Of a stretch of 64,000 nt of DNA, positions 48,968 to 62,092 are shown one piece after another. The DNA lies in NCBI GenBank assembly GCA_038087875.1, contig CM075993.1, positions 6,574,001 through 6,638,000 of the forward strand. Direction: 5' to 3'. Below the pieces are notes generated by a model. It was not told the DNA's origin, made no database searches, and was given only the letters and a program-made list of their open reading frames with translations. The DNA comes from Malacoraja senta (taxonomy: Eukaryota). Numbering within the stretch: the first letter of the stretch is position 1; the number at the start of each line of letters is the position of its first letter. Made by a program: the position numbers and the translations under genes.

Positions 48968-51900
48968 GTTAAAAAAGAGAAGAGGTCCTGAAAGGAGAAT
49001 TTAGGGAGTTAGGAGGGGAGTAAAAGAGAAGGACAGCAAAGGTAACAATCTCGGGATTACTGCCTGTGCCACGCGACAGTGAGAGTAGGAATGGAGCGAG
49101 GTGGAGGATAAATGCGTGGCTGAAGGACTGGTGCAGAAGGCAGGGATTCAAATTTCTGGATCATTGGGACCTCTTTTGTGGAAGGTTCGACCTGTACAAA
49201 AAGGATGGGTTGCACTTGAACCTGAGGGGGACCGATATCCTGGCAGGGAGATCTGCAAAGGCTACTGGGGAGACTTTAAACTAGAATGGTTGGGGGGAGG
49301 GACTCAAATAGAGAAAGCTATTAGACAGTGTGTGAGGCAGGAGGCAGAGAAGGAAAGCACTCAGACCCAACATGTAGGGGGGAAAGAAGAAAACAATAAT
49401 AAACAGAGAATAAGAGGTGGTGGGGTTCTTAAATGGGTGAGCAAAGAAACAGAGGGGTGTAAAATGCGGGCGGAAGCAATAGGTAGCAACGTGAAAAGTA
49501 AAAGTGGCAGGCAGACAAATCCAGGGCAAAAATCAAAAAGGGCCACTTTTCAACATAATTGTATAAGGGGTAAGAGCGTTGTAAAAACAAGCCTGAAGGC
49601 TTTGTGTCTCAATGCAAGGAGCATTCGTAATAAGGTGGATGAGTTGAACGTGCAGATAGCAATTAATGATTATGATATAGTTGGGATCACGGAGACATGG
49701 CTCCAGGGTGACCAAGGCTGGGAGCTGAACATCCAGGGATATTCAATATTCAGGAGGGATAGAGAGAAAGGAAAAGGAGGTGGGGTAGCGTTGCTGGTTA
49801 GAGAGGAGATTAACTCAGTGGAAAGGAAGGACATTAGCTTGGAGGATGTGGAATCGGTATGGGTAGAGCTGCGAAACACTAAGGGGCAGAAAACGCTGGT
49901 GGGTGTTGTGTACAGGCCACCTAGCAGTAGTAGTGAAGTTGGGGATGGCATCAAACAGGAAATTAGAAATGCGTGCAACAAAGGCAAAACAGTTATAATG
50001 GGTGACTTCAATCTACATATAGATTGGATGAATCAAATTGGCAAGGGTGCTGAGGAAGAGGATTTCTTGGAATGTATGCGGGATAGTTATCTAAACCAAC
50101 ATGTAGAGGAACCAACGAGAGAGCAGGCTATTCTAGACTGGGTATTGAGTAATGAGGAAGGGTTAGTTAGCAGTCTTGTTGTGCGTGCCCCCTTGGGCAA
50201 GAGTGACCATAATATGGTTGAGTTCTTCATTAGGATGGAGAGTGACATTGTTAATTCAGAAACAACGGTTCTGAACTTAAAGAAAGGTAACTTTGAGGGT
50301 ATGAGACGTGAATTGGCCAAGATTGACTGGCAATTAGTTCTAAAAGGGTTGACAGTGGATATGCAATGGAAGGCATTTAAAGACTGCATTGATGAACTAC
50401 AAAAATTGTTCATCCCAGTTTGGCAAAAGAATAAATCAGGGAAGGTAGTGCATCCGTGGATAACAAGGGAAATCAGGGATAGTATCAAAGCAAAAGATGA
50501 TGCGTACAAATTAGCCAGAAAAAGCAGCATACCAGAGGACTGGGAGAAATTCAGAGACCAGCAGAGGAGGACAAAGGGCTTAATTAGGAAAGGGAAAATA
50601 GATTATGAAATAAAACTGGCAGGGAACATAAAAACTGACTGCAAAAGTTTTTATAGATATGTGAAGAGAAAGATATTAGTTAAAACAAATGTAGGTCCCT
50701 TGCAGTCAGAAACAGGTGAATTGATCATGGGGAACAAGGATATGGCGGACCAATTGAATAACTACTTTGGTTCCGTCTTCACTAAGGAAGACATAAATAA
50801 TCTGCCGGAAATAGCAGGGGACAAAGGAGATGGAGGAACTGAGTGAAATCCAGGTTAGTCGGGAAGTGGTGTTGGGTAAATTGAATGGATTAAAGGCCGA
50901 TAAATCACCAGGGCCAGATAGGCTGCATCCCAGAGTACTTAAGGAAGTAGCTCCAGAAATAGTGGATGCATTAGTGATAATTTTTCAAAACTCTTTAGAT
51001 TCTGGAGTAGTTCCTGAGGATTGGAGAGTAGCAAATGTAACCCCACTTTTTAAGAAGGGAGGGAGAGAGAAAACGGGGAATTACAGACCAGTTAGTCTAA
51101 CATCGGTAGTGGGGAAACTGCTAGTCAGTTATTAAAGATGGGATAGCAGCACATTTGGAAAGTGGTGAAATCATTGGACAAAGTCAGCATGGATTTACGA
51201 AAGGTAAATCATGTCTGACGAATCTTATAGAGTTTTTCGAGGATGTAACTAGTAGAGTGGATAGGGGAGAACCAGTGGATGTGTTGTATCTGGACTTTCA
51301 GAAGGCTTTCAACAAGGTCCCACATAAGAGATTAGTATACAAACTTAAAGCACACGGTATTGGGGGTTCAGTATTGATGTGGATAGAGAACTGGCTGGCA
51401 AACAGGAAGCAAAGAGTAGGAGTAAACGGGTCCTTTTCACAATGGCAGGCAATGACTAGTGGGGTACCGCAAGGCTCAGTGCTGGGACCCCAGCTATTTA
51501 CAATTTATATTAATGACCTGGATGAGGGAATTGAAGGCAACATCTCCAAGTTTGCGGATGACACTAAGCTGGGGGGCAGTGTTAGCTGTGAGGAGGATGC
51601 TAGGAGACTGCAAGGTGACTTGGATAGGCTGGGTGAGTGGGCAAATGTTTGGCAGATGCAGTATAATGTGGATAAATGTGAGGTTATCCACTTTGGTGGC
51701 AAAAACAGGAAAGCAGACTATTATCTAAATGGTGGCCGATTAGGAAAAGGGGAGATGCAGCGAGACCTGGGTGTCATGGTACACCAGTCATTGAAAGTAG
51801 GCATGCAGGTGCAGCAGGCAGTGAAGAAAGTGAATGGTATGTTAGCTTTCATAGCAAAAGGATTTGAGTATAGGAGCAGGGAGGTTCTACTGCAGTTGTA

Positions 51901-52470
51901 CAGGGTCTTGGTGAGACCACACCTGGAGTATTGCGTACAGTTTTGGTCTCCAAATCTGAGGAAGGACATTATAGCCATAGAGGGAGTGCAGAGAAGGTTC
52001 ACCAGACTGATTCCTGGGATGTCAGGACTTTCATATGAAGAAAGACTGGATAGACTTGGCTTATACTCGCTAGAATTTAGGAGATTGAGAGGGGATCTTA
52101 TAGAAACGTACAAAATTCTTATGGGGTTGGACAGGCTAGATGCAGGAAGATTGTTCCCGATGTTGGGGAAGTCCAGGACAAGGGGTCACAGCTTAATGAT
52201 AAGGGGGAAATCCTTTAAGACCGAGATGAGGAAAAACCTTTTCACATAGAGAGTGGTGAATCTCTGGAACTCTCTGCCACAGAGGGTAGTTGAGGCCAGT
52301 TCATTGGTTATATTTAAGAGGGAGTTAGATGTGGCCCTTGTGGCTAAAGGGATCAGGGGGTATGGAGAGAAGGCAGGTACGGGATACTGAGTTGGATGAT
52401 CAGCCATGACCATATCGAAGGGCCGAATGGCCTACTCCTGCACCTATTTTCTATGTATCTATGTATCTAT
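48968..52470 (+). mobile_element. 5'-truncated CR1 LINE (esterase end of ORF1; ORF2 APE-RT with two frameshifts and a late stop)
   Basis: DGLHL, NARS, GITETW, GGGVA, GDFN, SDH, NYRPVSLT and FADD. Frameshifts near 50825 and 51125, stop at 52247. Microsatellite tail. Same subfamily as 28230-32321. Confidence 0.93.
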
Positions 52471-52820
52471 GTGAGGCAGCATCTATGGAAACCTGATCTC
52501 CCGGTGGCCCAGCACTTCAACTCCCCCTCCCATTCCGAATCCGACCTTTCTGTCCTGGGCCTCCACCACGGCCAGAGTGAGTCCGACCGTAAATTGGAGG
52601 AGCAGCACCTCATATTTCGCTTGGGTAGTTTACACCCCAGCAGTATGAACATTGACTTCTCCAATTTCAGGTAGTCCTTGCTTTCTCCCTCCTTCCCCTC
52701 CCCTTCCCAGCTCTCCCACAGCCCACTGTCTCCGCCTCTTACTTTTTTCTTCCCACCCCCCACATCAGTCTGAAGAAGGGCCTCGACCCGAAACGTCACC
52801 TATTCCTTCGCTCCATAGAT
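52471..52820 (+). mobile_element. Penelope 3' fragment with a short inverted leader (similar fragments at 54270-54480 minus and 57830-58205 plus)
   Basis: PVAQHFN...RKLEEQHLIFRLGSLHP..MN, followed by the terminal ctgaagaaggg..cccgaaacgtc motif. Confidence 0.75.
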
Positions 52821-54916
52821 GTACGGTATATATCACGGTGTTAGGCACACACTGAGCGGTAATGCAACTGCCAATGATGTTTGGCTGAAGCACAAAAAAC
52901 AGAGCAAAGGGTGAAGTGAATTGGAAAACGCAAAATGAGATGGAAAATAAGAAAACAGTGCCAGAAGGTTGATCATATGTTGTCTCTGAATGGAAGAATC
53001 TGGAGTTGTGATAATGTCTCGAGCCACCACTGAAGATTCTGGGATCTCCACTGTTGGATTAGCGGGTATTTGCTATGAGAAGGGGTTGGGAAAACGGATT
53101 ATTTTCTCTGGAACGCCGGAGGTTGAATGGAGAGCTGATAGAAGTTTGGAAAATTACGAGAGGAGTAGATAGACAGTCAGGACCAAGTTTGGAAATATCA
53201 AAGACGAGAGGGCATGGTTTAATTTTTGGTTTAGTTTAGTATAGAGATGCAGCGCGGAAACAGGCCCTTCGGCCCACCGAGTCCACCCCGACCAGCGATC
53301 CCCCACACCAGCACTATCCCACACACACTGGGGACAATTTGTAACTTTTTTGCTGAAGCCAATTAACCTACAAACCTGCACGTCTTTGGGATGTGGGAGG
53401 AAACCGGAGCACCCGGGGAAAACCCACGTGGTCACAGGGAGAACGTACAAACTCCGTGCAGGCAGCACCCGTGGTCAGGATCGAACCCGGGTCTCCGGCG
53501 CTGTAAGGCAGCAACTCTACCGCTGCGCCGCATCTAGTGAGCATAGGTTTAAGGTGAGAGGGGCAAAGTTTAAAGGAGATGTGTAGGACAACATTTTTTA
53601 CGGAGAGTGAGAGGTGGGTGCCTGGAACACGCTGTCAGAGGTGGTGTTGGAGGAAGATACAATAGTGGAGTTTAAGATGATTTTAGATGGGCATAGTAAC
53701 ACAGGGAGTGGAGCAATATGGATTACGTGCGGACAAAGAAGATTAATTTCTCTTGGCATGATGTTCAGTACAGACAGGTTGGTCAGATGTGTCTGTTCCT
53801 GTTCTGTATTGTTCTATATAACGATGCAACAAACTCCTATATTTAATGTACGGACAACACAATCGGCAACAAAATATATTGTTCAACACAACTGTTAATA
53901 AATAATCTATTATCGGAATTGGCTTGAATGAAGTATTGTGCAAACCAATTGCAACTAAGGGCCCGATCCTGTATTTTTGACCAGAGAAGACAGACACAAA
54001 ATGCTGGAGTAACTCAGCGGGTCAGGCAGCATCTCTGGAGACGATTCGGGTGGGAACCCTTCTTCAGACTGAAAGTAGAAGAGTGGAGACTGGAGGTAGG
54101 AAAAGGCCAGAACAAAGCAGGGCCGGCAACAGATGACCAAGGTGGAGCCCACAATCGTCCATTGTTGGCTGGGGAAGAGGTGATAACGAAGGGATACAGA
54201 GATGTGAACAGTGGAACTAGTAGGAGGACAGGGCTAGGGGAAGGGGGAGAGAGAGAGAGAGGATGTAGGGATTACTTGTAATTAGAGAAGTCAGTGTTCA
54301 TACCGCTGGGGTGTAAGCTGCCCAAGCGAAATATGAGGTGCTGTTCCTCCAATTCACGTGTGGCCTCACTCTGACAGTGGAGGAGGCCCAGGACAGAAAG
54401 GTCAGTGTGGGAATGGGAAGGGGAGTTAAAGTGTTTGGCAACTGGGAAATCAGGTAGGCCCAGGGGGGCTGAACGTAGGCTTATCACTGATTAGTTCAGT
54501 TTAGTTTATTGTGACATGTACCGGGGTACAGTGAGAAGCTGTTGTGTTGCGTGCTATCCAGTCAGCGGAAAGACTATACAGGATTACAATCAAGCGGTCC
54601 GCAGAGCACAGATACAGGATAAAGGGAATAATATTTAGTGCAAGATAAAATCCTGTGACTTGCATTAGCTGGTTCGGAGTTGAGAGGTGATAGGTCAGTG
54701 ACTTCAACTTACTCAACCCCCCGACATCAGTCTGAAGAAGGGTCTCGACCCGAAACGTCGCCTATTCCTTCGCTCCATAGATGCTGCCTCACCCGCGGAG
54801 TTTCTCCAGCATTTTTGTCTACCTTTAACTTACTCTTAACTGCTTACATCCTGAAATATGACTGTTCTAATCACAGACTGCTTTTTGTTTTACAAGCATT
54901 GAAGTGAATACAAGAA

Positions 54917-54988
54917 ATGGATAAAATGGCTTCTTCACCCGACAATAATCACATCTATTGTGAAGACAACGCGGGATTTGAAATGGAG
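54917..54988 (+). CDS. SLC28A1: Concentrative nucleoside transporter (CNT1/CNT2-like), coding exon 1: MDKMASSPDNNHIYCEDNAGFEME
   Basis: Acceptor ctttttgttttacaag ends at 54896, an in-frame upstream TGA lies at 54905, ATG is at 54917 and the donor is gag|gtaata. 'NAGFEME' resembles the 'NPGLELME' of CNT N-termini. A1 versus A2 orthology cannot be resolved by eye. Confidence 0.75.
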
Positions 54989-55048
54989 GTAATATATCAG
55001 ATGTCTCTTGCAGAGATGTAACGTTGAGGATCGATAAGGTGGTGGTAA

Positions 55049-55294
55049 AGGGCCTGTCCCACTTTCACGACCTAATTCACGACCTCTGCCGAGTTTGCCC
55101 TTGACATACTCGCAGCATGGTCGTCACAAGGTCGTAGGAGGTCGTAGGAGGTCGTAGGTAGGTCGTAGCAGGCCGTGATGCTGGTCGTAGGCACTCGTGG
55201 CATCAGGTAGGTCGGGGCGTTTTTTCAACATGATGAAAAATATCCACGAGTAAAAAAAGGTCGTGAATTAGGTCGTGAAAGTGGGACAGGCCCT
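55049..55294. mobile_element. PIF/Harbinger-like MITE
   Basis: TIR agggcctgtcccactttcacgacctaattcacgacc, flanked by TAA/TTA. Internal (ggtcgtagga)n repeats. Splits the CR1 sequence ggtggtaa-ggccgc. Confidence 0.8.
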
Positions 55295-56564
55295 TTAGGC
55301 CGCATTTGGAATATTGTGAGCAATTCTGGGCTCCGTATCTGAGGAAGGATGTGCTGGCTCTGGAGAGGGTCCAGAGGAGGAGGTTTACAAGAATGATCCC
55401 AGGAATGAGTATGATGAGCGTTTGTCAGCACTGGGCCTGTACTCGCTGGAGTTTAGAAGAATGAGGGGGGGACCTCATTGAAACATACAGAATAGAGAAA
55501 GGCTTGGATAGAGTGGATGTGGAGAGGATGTTTCCACTAATAGGAGAGTCTAGGACCAGTGGTCACAGCCTCAGAATTAAAGGATGTTCTTTTAGGAAGG
55601 AGATGAGGAGACATTTCTTTAGTCAGAGGGTGGTGAATCTGTGGAATTCTTTGCCACAGAAGGCTGTGGAGGCCATCAATTGATATTTTTAAGGCAGGGG
55701 ATATGGGGAGAAGGCAGAAACAGGGTACTGATTGTGGATGATCAGCCATGATCACATTGAAGGGCGGTGCTGGATCAGGGGCTGAATGGCCTCCTCCTGC
55801 ACCTATTGTCTATTGTCTATTGAGATAGATAGATTCTTGATTAGTACAGGTTATGGGGAGAAGGCAGGAGAATGGGGTTAGGAGGGAGAGATAGATCAGC
55901 CAGGATTCAATGACGGAGTGGACTTGAAGGGCTGAATGGCCGAATTCTACTCCTATTCCTTCTGACCTTATGTGTTTGATGTAGCCCAGTCAAAGTGAGA
56001 TAGCATGGCACCTACAACTCCTTTCCAGCTTTATCCCCTACTACAATTAGTCTGAAGAAGGGTGTCAACCCGAAACGTCGCCTATCCATTCCCTCCAGAG
56101 ATGCTGCCTGACCCGCTGAGTTTCTCCAGCATTTTTGTGTACCCCGGATAAAGGGGAAAATGTGTAGGATGGAACTGCAGATGCTGGTCAAAACCAAAGA
56201 TAGACACTAAATGCCGGAGTAACTCAGCGGGACAGGCAGCATCTCGAGAAGAAGGAATGGGTGACGTTTCGGGTCGAGACCCTTCTTCAGGCTGATAAAG
56301 TGAATAATGTTTGGTGCAAGATAATGTCCAATATAATCTGATTAAAGATAGTCCGAGGATCAGCGCTGCTCTCTAGTTGGTGATAGGATGGTTTAGTTGC
56401 CTGATAACAGCCGGGAAGAAACTGTACCTGAATCTGGAGGTGTGCGTATCCACACTTCTGTACCTCTTGTCTGATGGGGGAGGGGGGAAGAGGGAGTGAT
56501 TGGGGTGAGACTGGTCCTTGATTATGCTGCCGGCCTTGCACTGAATATATCCTTCGTATTGCAG

Positions 56565-56641
56565 GAAGATGTTCCATCCAAACCTTCAGATAAAACCTCG
56601 GCATGGACTTCCGACAAGAAAGAGAGTCCCAAGGTTGTAAG
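56565..56641 (+). CDS. SLC28A1: SLC28A1/A2-like coding exon 2: EDVPSKPSDKTSAWTSDKKESPKVV(R)
   Basis: Acceptor ccttcgtattgcag, donor AG|gtacag. Phase 0 in and phase 2 out, which bridges exons 1 and 3. Confidence 0.7.
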
Positions 56642-58312
56642 GTACAGGTCAAAACGAATTCAGATTTATTTTCTCATCAAAACACCAACTTTCCAGAGGG
56701 AGTGGCCAGGGTGAGACTGGTCCTTGATGATGCTGCTGGCCTTGCCGAGGCTGCGTGAGGTGTAGATGGAGTCAATGGAAGGGAGGTTGAGGCCCTTCTT
56801 AACTATAGTAGTCTGGTCCTAGAGTACAGAAAGAGGCCGTTCTGTCCATTATGTCCATACTAGCCATTAACTATCTATACTAACCCCATTTAGCAGCATT
56901 TACTCCGTAGACCACTGTACCTTGGTGATTCAAGTGGTTGTCTCAATACGTCAGTTGTTGTGAGATTCCCTGCCTCAGTACCTTTCGTTTCCCGGGCTTT
57001 GTCCCACCCCTATCTCTCTTTTCCACCTTTCCCCCTCCTCCTCCTTCAGTCTGAAGTAGAGTCCCGACACTTCAAACCTCACACCGACCCGTGCAAACTC
57101 CACACAGACAGCATCCGAGGTCAGGATTGAACCCGGGTCTCTGGCGCTGTGAGTTAGCAGCTCTACCTGCTGCGACACTGTGCCGCCCCAGAGAGTCTGT
57201 TCTCCAGAGTGTCTTAAGAAAGTTCCCGGCCTGAAAAGTCACCTCTCCAAGTTCTCCAGAGATGATGCCTGACCTGCTGAAGTACTCCAGCACTTTGTGT
57301 GGTTTTTTTTTGTAAACCAGCCTCTGCAGTTCCTAGTTTCTACAGCTGGACATAGCTAGGTTACACTTTTAGTTTAGTGTAGTTTAGTTTAGTTTAGAGA
57401 TACAGCGCGGAAATAGGCCCTTCGGACCACCGAGTCCGCGCCGACCAGCGATCCCCGCACATTAACACTATCCTACACACACTAGGGACAATTTACATTT
57501 ATACCAAGCCAATTAACCGACAAACCTGTACGTCTTTGGAGTGTGGGAGGAAACCGAAGATTTCGGAGTAAACCCACGTGGTCACGGGGAGGACTTGCAA
57601 CATCCGTACAGACAGCACATGTGGTCGGGATCGAACCCGGGTTTCTGGTGCTGTGAGGCAGCAACTCTACCGCAGCGCCACCATGCCGCCCGTTTGTTAT
57701 TTTTGGTTTTATTACTGTGTTTACAGACCTGTTTTGCTGCTGCAAGTAAGGATTTCATTGTTCCATTTCGGTGCATGGGAGAATTATACACCCCTTGATT
57801 CTTGACTCTAATTCAACATCCCAACTCACCTTGATCTCCCGGTGGCTCAGCACTTCAAATCCCCCTCCCATTCCGAATCCAACCTTTCTCTCCTGGGCCT
57901 CCTCCATGGTCGGAGTGAGTCCCACCGCAAATTGGAGGAGCAGCACCTCATATTTCGCTTGGGCAGTTTACACCCAAGCGGTATGAACATTGACTTCTCC
58001 AATTTCAGGTAGTCCTTGCTTTCTCCCTCCTTCCCCTCCCCTTCCCAGCTCTCCCACAGCCCACTGTCTCCGCCTCTTCCTTTCTTCCTCCCGCCACCCC
58101 CCCCCCCCACCTCCACATCAGTCTGAAGAAGGGTCTCGACCCGAAACGTCACCTATTCCTTCGCTTCACAGATGCTGCCTCACCCGCTGAGTTTCTCCAG
58201 CATTGTTGTCTCCCTTTGCTCCATTACTGACCTCAATTACCTTAGAGTGCTTCTATAATAATTTGAAATATTTCACTCTGAATAATGAGTTGGAAACTTT
58301 CGTGTTTTCCAG

Positions 58313-58404
58313 GAAAATAACCGAGACTGCTTCAAGAGTAAAGAAGGCGTACAACACCCACTCCACGTTAATCAAACACATCATCCTTGGCCTCTTGGCC
58401 GCAG
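58313..58404 (+). CDS. SLC28A1: SLC28A1/A2-like coding exon 3: KITETASRVKKAYNTHSTLIKHIILGLLAA
   Basis: Acceptor gtgttttccag, donor G|gtaaat. Matches the CNT 'H..L.K.ILLGLL' segment at the start of TM1. Confidence 0.88.
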
Positions 58405-58760
58405 GTAAATATTACTAGTTGGGCTGCTGCCTGGCATGGTTCAGCATCGATCACTTATGGTCATGGAGTCATACAGCACGGAAACAGGCCCTTCGGCCCA
58501 ATTTGGCCCATGTCGACCAAGATGGCCCCCCTCTACACTAGTCCCACCTCTGCTCTGATGGGGAAATTCCGACTTATCTAAGACCCTCATCGTTTTCTTC
58601 TCAACTCCCTTGCTATTGAGGGAGTGCAGCGTAGGTTCACGAGGTTACTTCCCGGGATGGCGGGACTGTCATATGTTAATAGAATGGAGCGGCTGGGCTT
58701 GTATGTGGAGGAGTCACAGTGGCGGATGTATTTTGTGTGTTCGGTTGCTTTTTATTGTAA

Positions 58761-59067
58761 AGGGCCCTGTCCCACGATGCGAGTTTACCCAAGAGCTCTC
58801 CCGAGTTTAAACAAAAATCAAACTTGTGGTAAGTGCGTAGAATGTACGTAGCGGGTACGTTGGAGTTCGTGGATGTCTCGTGGCGGCTCGTAATGCTAAC
58901 GGCAGGTACTCGGGAAACGCGGTAAGCTCGTGAAACTCGTGACGTTTTTTCAACAGTGTGAAAAATTTCCAAGAGTAAAAAAATACTCGTGATGAAGTAC
59001 CACGAGTTTGATTTTTGTTTTAACTCGGGAGAGCTCTTGGGTAAAGTCACATTGTGGGACAGGCCCT
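58761..59067. mobile_element. PIF/Harbinger-like MITE
   Basis: TIR aggg(c)cctgtcccac...tttacccaagagctctcccgagt, with TAA TSD at 58758-60 and 59068-70. Confidence 0.82.
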
Positions 59068-59197
59068 TAAGACTGGCTTGGCAGGTGAAATTCCTCGTGT
59101 GTTGCAAAACATACTTGGCTAATCAAGTAGTATTGTGATTGTGATTGTAAAATGAGCTAAGTTTCATGTTGTTTCCCCTCTCCGCTCCCCAACGCAG

Positions 59198-59387
59198 CCT
59201 TACTTGCATTCCTCATCACCGCCTGCTTGCTGGATCTCCAGCGAGCCCTTGCTCTCCTCATCATGACATGCATCGTGGTCTTCTTCATGGTTTACGGGCT
59301 GGTGAAGAGGTTGCTCGGGGAACGGATCCTGCATTTCTTCTCGCCTGCGTGTTCCTTCCTGCAGAGATACAGCAAATGGTTCAAATG
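59198..59387 (+). CDS. SLC28A1: SLC28A1/A2-like coding exon 4: LLAFLITACLLDLQRALALLIMTC...KRLLG...KWFKW
   Basis: Acceptor ctccccaacgcag, donor TG|gtaggt. 'ACLLD.QRALAL..TC' and 'KRLLG' are CNT1/2 signatures. Confidence 0.92.
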
Positions 59388-59439
59388 GTAGGTGGTTTGT
59401 GTTGTTAAGGCGCTCATTCTTCATGGTATCGCAGCGTTT

Positions 59440-59935
59440 ACGATACGATACAATACTGTCGAACTTTATTCATCCCAGGAGGGAAATTGGTCTGCCAATA
59501 GTCATAAAACACGACACGATACATGCAACATGAAATTAAAATGACGAGTGGAAAGTCCAGGATTGGGGATGTGTAAAGATTGGGGGGGAGTCAGTCTCAG
59601 TCTACCCCACGACAGAAGGGGGAGGAGTTGTCCTGTTTGATAGCCACAGGGAAGAAGGATCTCCTGTGGCGTTCTGTCCTGCATCTTCGTGGAACCAGTC
59701 TGTTGCTGACAGTACTCCTCAGGTTGACCAGTGTGTCATGGAGGGGGTGAGCTGTATTGTCCAGGATGCTCCGCAGTTTGAGGAGCATCCTCCCCTCCAA
59801 GACCAACCTCCCGTGAATCCAACTCCAACTCCCCCCCCAGGACGGAGCCAGCCTTCCTGATGAGTTTGTTGATCCTATTGGCGTCCGTGGCCTTCGCCCT
59901 GCTGCCCCGGCACACGGCAGAGAACAAGATGCCAC
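59440..59935 (-). mobile_element. Rex1/Babar-like LINE 3' fragment
   Basis: Near-identical reverse complement of 35397-35917. Confidence 0.75.
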
Positions 59936-61225
59936 TTATTTAATCCTTGCCGCACCAATGTGATGTGTTTAACAAGAGGAAGAGATGAATGATGTTTCAC
60001 CATTCCTGGCCAGTTAGTCTGGTTTACTTTAGAGATACAGCGAGGAAACAGGCCCTTAGGCCCACCGAGTCCGCGCCGACCAGCGATCCCCGCACATTAA
60101 CACTATCCTACACACACTAGGGACAATTTACATTTACACCAAGACAATTATCCGACAAACCTGTACTTTTTCAGAGTGTGGGATGACTACTGTTGACTTT
60201 TAACAGTTCGTGGGCAATTAGGAATGGACAATAAAAACTGGCATCGCAGGTCACCTACAAAAGCTGTGACTGCCACAGAGTGGCACGGTGGCTCAGCAGT
60301 AGAGTTGCTGCATCACAGCGCCAGAGGCCCGGGTTTGATCCTTACTACAGTTGCTGTCCATACAGAGATTGTACCTTCTCCCCGTGACCTGCGTGGGTTT
60401 CCTCCGGGTTCTCCGGTTTCCTCCTACATCCCAAAGACGTGCGGGTTTGTAGGTCGATTGGCTTCTGTAAATTGTCCCTAGAATGTAGGATAAAACTAGT
60501 GTACGGTCGGCGTGGAGTTGGTGGGCCGAAGGGCCTGGTTCCACGCTGTAACTCTAAAAACTAAAAAAGACTGCTATCTGTAGAAGTCTTATTGAAGAGT
60601 CCCGACCCAAATCATCACCTGTGCATACCCTCCATGTATGCTGCCTGACCCGCTGAGTTGCTCCAGCACTTTGTGTTTTGTTCTGTAAGATCTTCATGTT
60701 AGGCGCTCCTTGCATCCCACCTCAGTCTTTTAACTATTAAACAGTAATACCAAATGAAGGGACCAATAGACTGAAATTTTCCTTGATCGCCATTCCCTCT
60801 GTCCTATTTTCACACCTTGCACTTCCTTATCTATGTACCTCCCACTCCCCTGACATCAGTCTGAAGAAGGGTCTCGACCCAAACCCAATCTCACCCCGAT
60901 CACTCCCTCTTCTCCCCTTTCCCATCATGCAAGAGGTACAGAAGTGTGGAGGCGCACACCTCCAGATTCGGAGACAGTTTCTTCCCAGTTGTTATCAGGC
61001 AACTGAACCATCCCACCACCAACTAGAGAGCGGTCCTGACCCTCAGACTGTCTTTAATCAGATTTTATTGGACTTTATCTTGCACCAAACATTATTCGCT
61101 TTATCAGTCTGAAGAAGGGTCTCAACCCGAAACTTCTCTCCAGAGATGCTGGCTGTCCCGCTGAGTTATTCCAGCTTCTTGTGTCTATCTTCGGACTAAT
61201 AGTTTGTTGGGTTTCCTTCTGCCAG

Positions 61226-61367
61226 GCTGGTTGCCCTGTTGGCGGTGGTGGGACTAGTTGCCTGGCTTGGCGCGGACACGGCAAGAAGACCCAAACAGCT
61301 GATTTCCTTCGGAGGATTGTGTACGCTCGTCACCTTGCTCTTTATCTTCTCCGCGAGGCCGCAGGCG
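61226..61367 (+). CDS. SLC28A1: SLC28A1/A2-like coding exon 5: LVALLAVVGLVAWLGADTARRPKQLISFGGLC...FSARPQA
   Basis: Acceptor tttccttctgccag, donor |gtgagt. 'WL..DT..RP.QL.SF.G.C' is a CNT motif. Confidence 0.93.
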
Positions 61368-61728
61368 GTGAGTCGATCTTCCAGTCCACCCTGCGCTTGT
61401 CCTGTCATCGCACTTCACAAGTCCACGAGTTATCGGAGTAGAATTAGGCCATTCGGCCCATCGCCCACTCTGCCATTCAATCATGGCTGATCTCTGCCCC
61501 CTAATCCCATTTTCCTGCCTTCTCCCCATAACCCTTGACACCCGTTCTAATCGAGAATTTGTCTATCTCTGCCTTAAAAATATCCACTGACTCGGTTTCC
61601 ACAGCCCTCTGTGGCAATGAGTTCCACAGATTAACTACCTTCTGACTACAGAAGTTCCTCCTTGCCTCCTTTCTAAAAAAGCGCCCTTTAACTCTAAGGC
61701 TATGACCTCTGATCCTGGATTCTCCCAC

Positions 61729-62035
61729 CAGCGGTAGAGTTCCTGCTTTCCACCGAATGCAGCGCCAGAGACCCGGGTTCGATCCCGACTACGGGTGCTG
61801 TCTGTACGGAGTTTGTACGTTCTCCCCGTGACCTGCGTGGGTTTTCTCCAAGATCTTCGTTTTCCTCCCACACTCCAAAGACGTACAGGTTTGTAGGTGA
61901 ATTGGCTTGGTAAATGTAAAAATTGTCCCTAGTGGGTGTAGGATAGTGTTAATATGCGGGGATCGCTGGTCGGCGTGGACTCGGTGGGTCGAAGGGCCTG
62001 TTCCCGTGCGGTATCTCTAAACTAAACTAAACAAA
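61729..62035 (+). mobile_element. HE1-like tRNA-derived V-SINE (representative of about 20 copies)
   Basis: B box gggttcgatccc, central tttgtacgttctccccgtgacc..gggtt..cc domain, CR1-derived gggccgaagggcctg tail and (AAACT)n. Other copies lie near 3105, 6120-6480, 6922, 10195, 12812, 13180, 35036, 37538, 39938, 41762, 42280, 44445, 44790, 45022, 53228, 57085, 57370, 60020 and 60281. Confidence 0.85.
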
Positions 62036-62092
62036 ATTAAACTCTCCCGCTGCGCCACCTGTGTGAACTAACTGTGGCCTTCCTCTACTCAG

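Noticed and set aside
49101..50846. 581-aa ORF as a host gene
   Set aside because: It is CR1 ORF2 (APE endonuclease) read with an upstream extension, and it is frameshifted before the RT.
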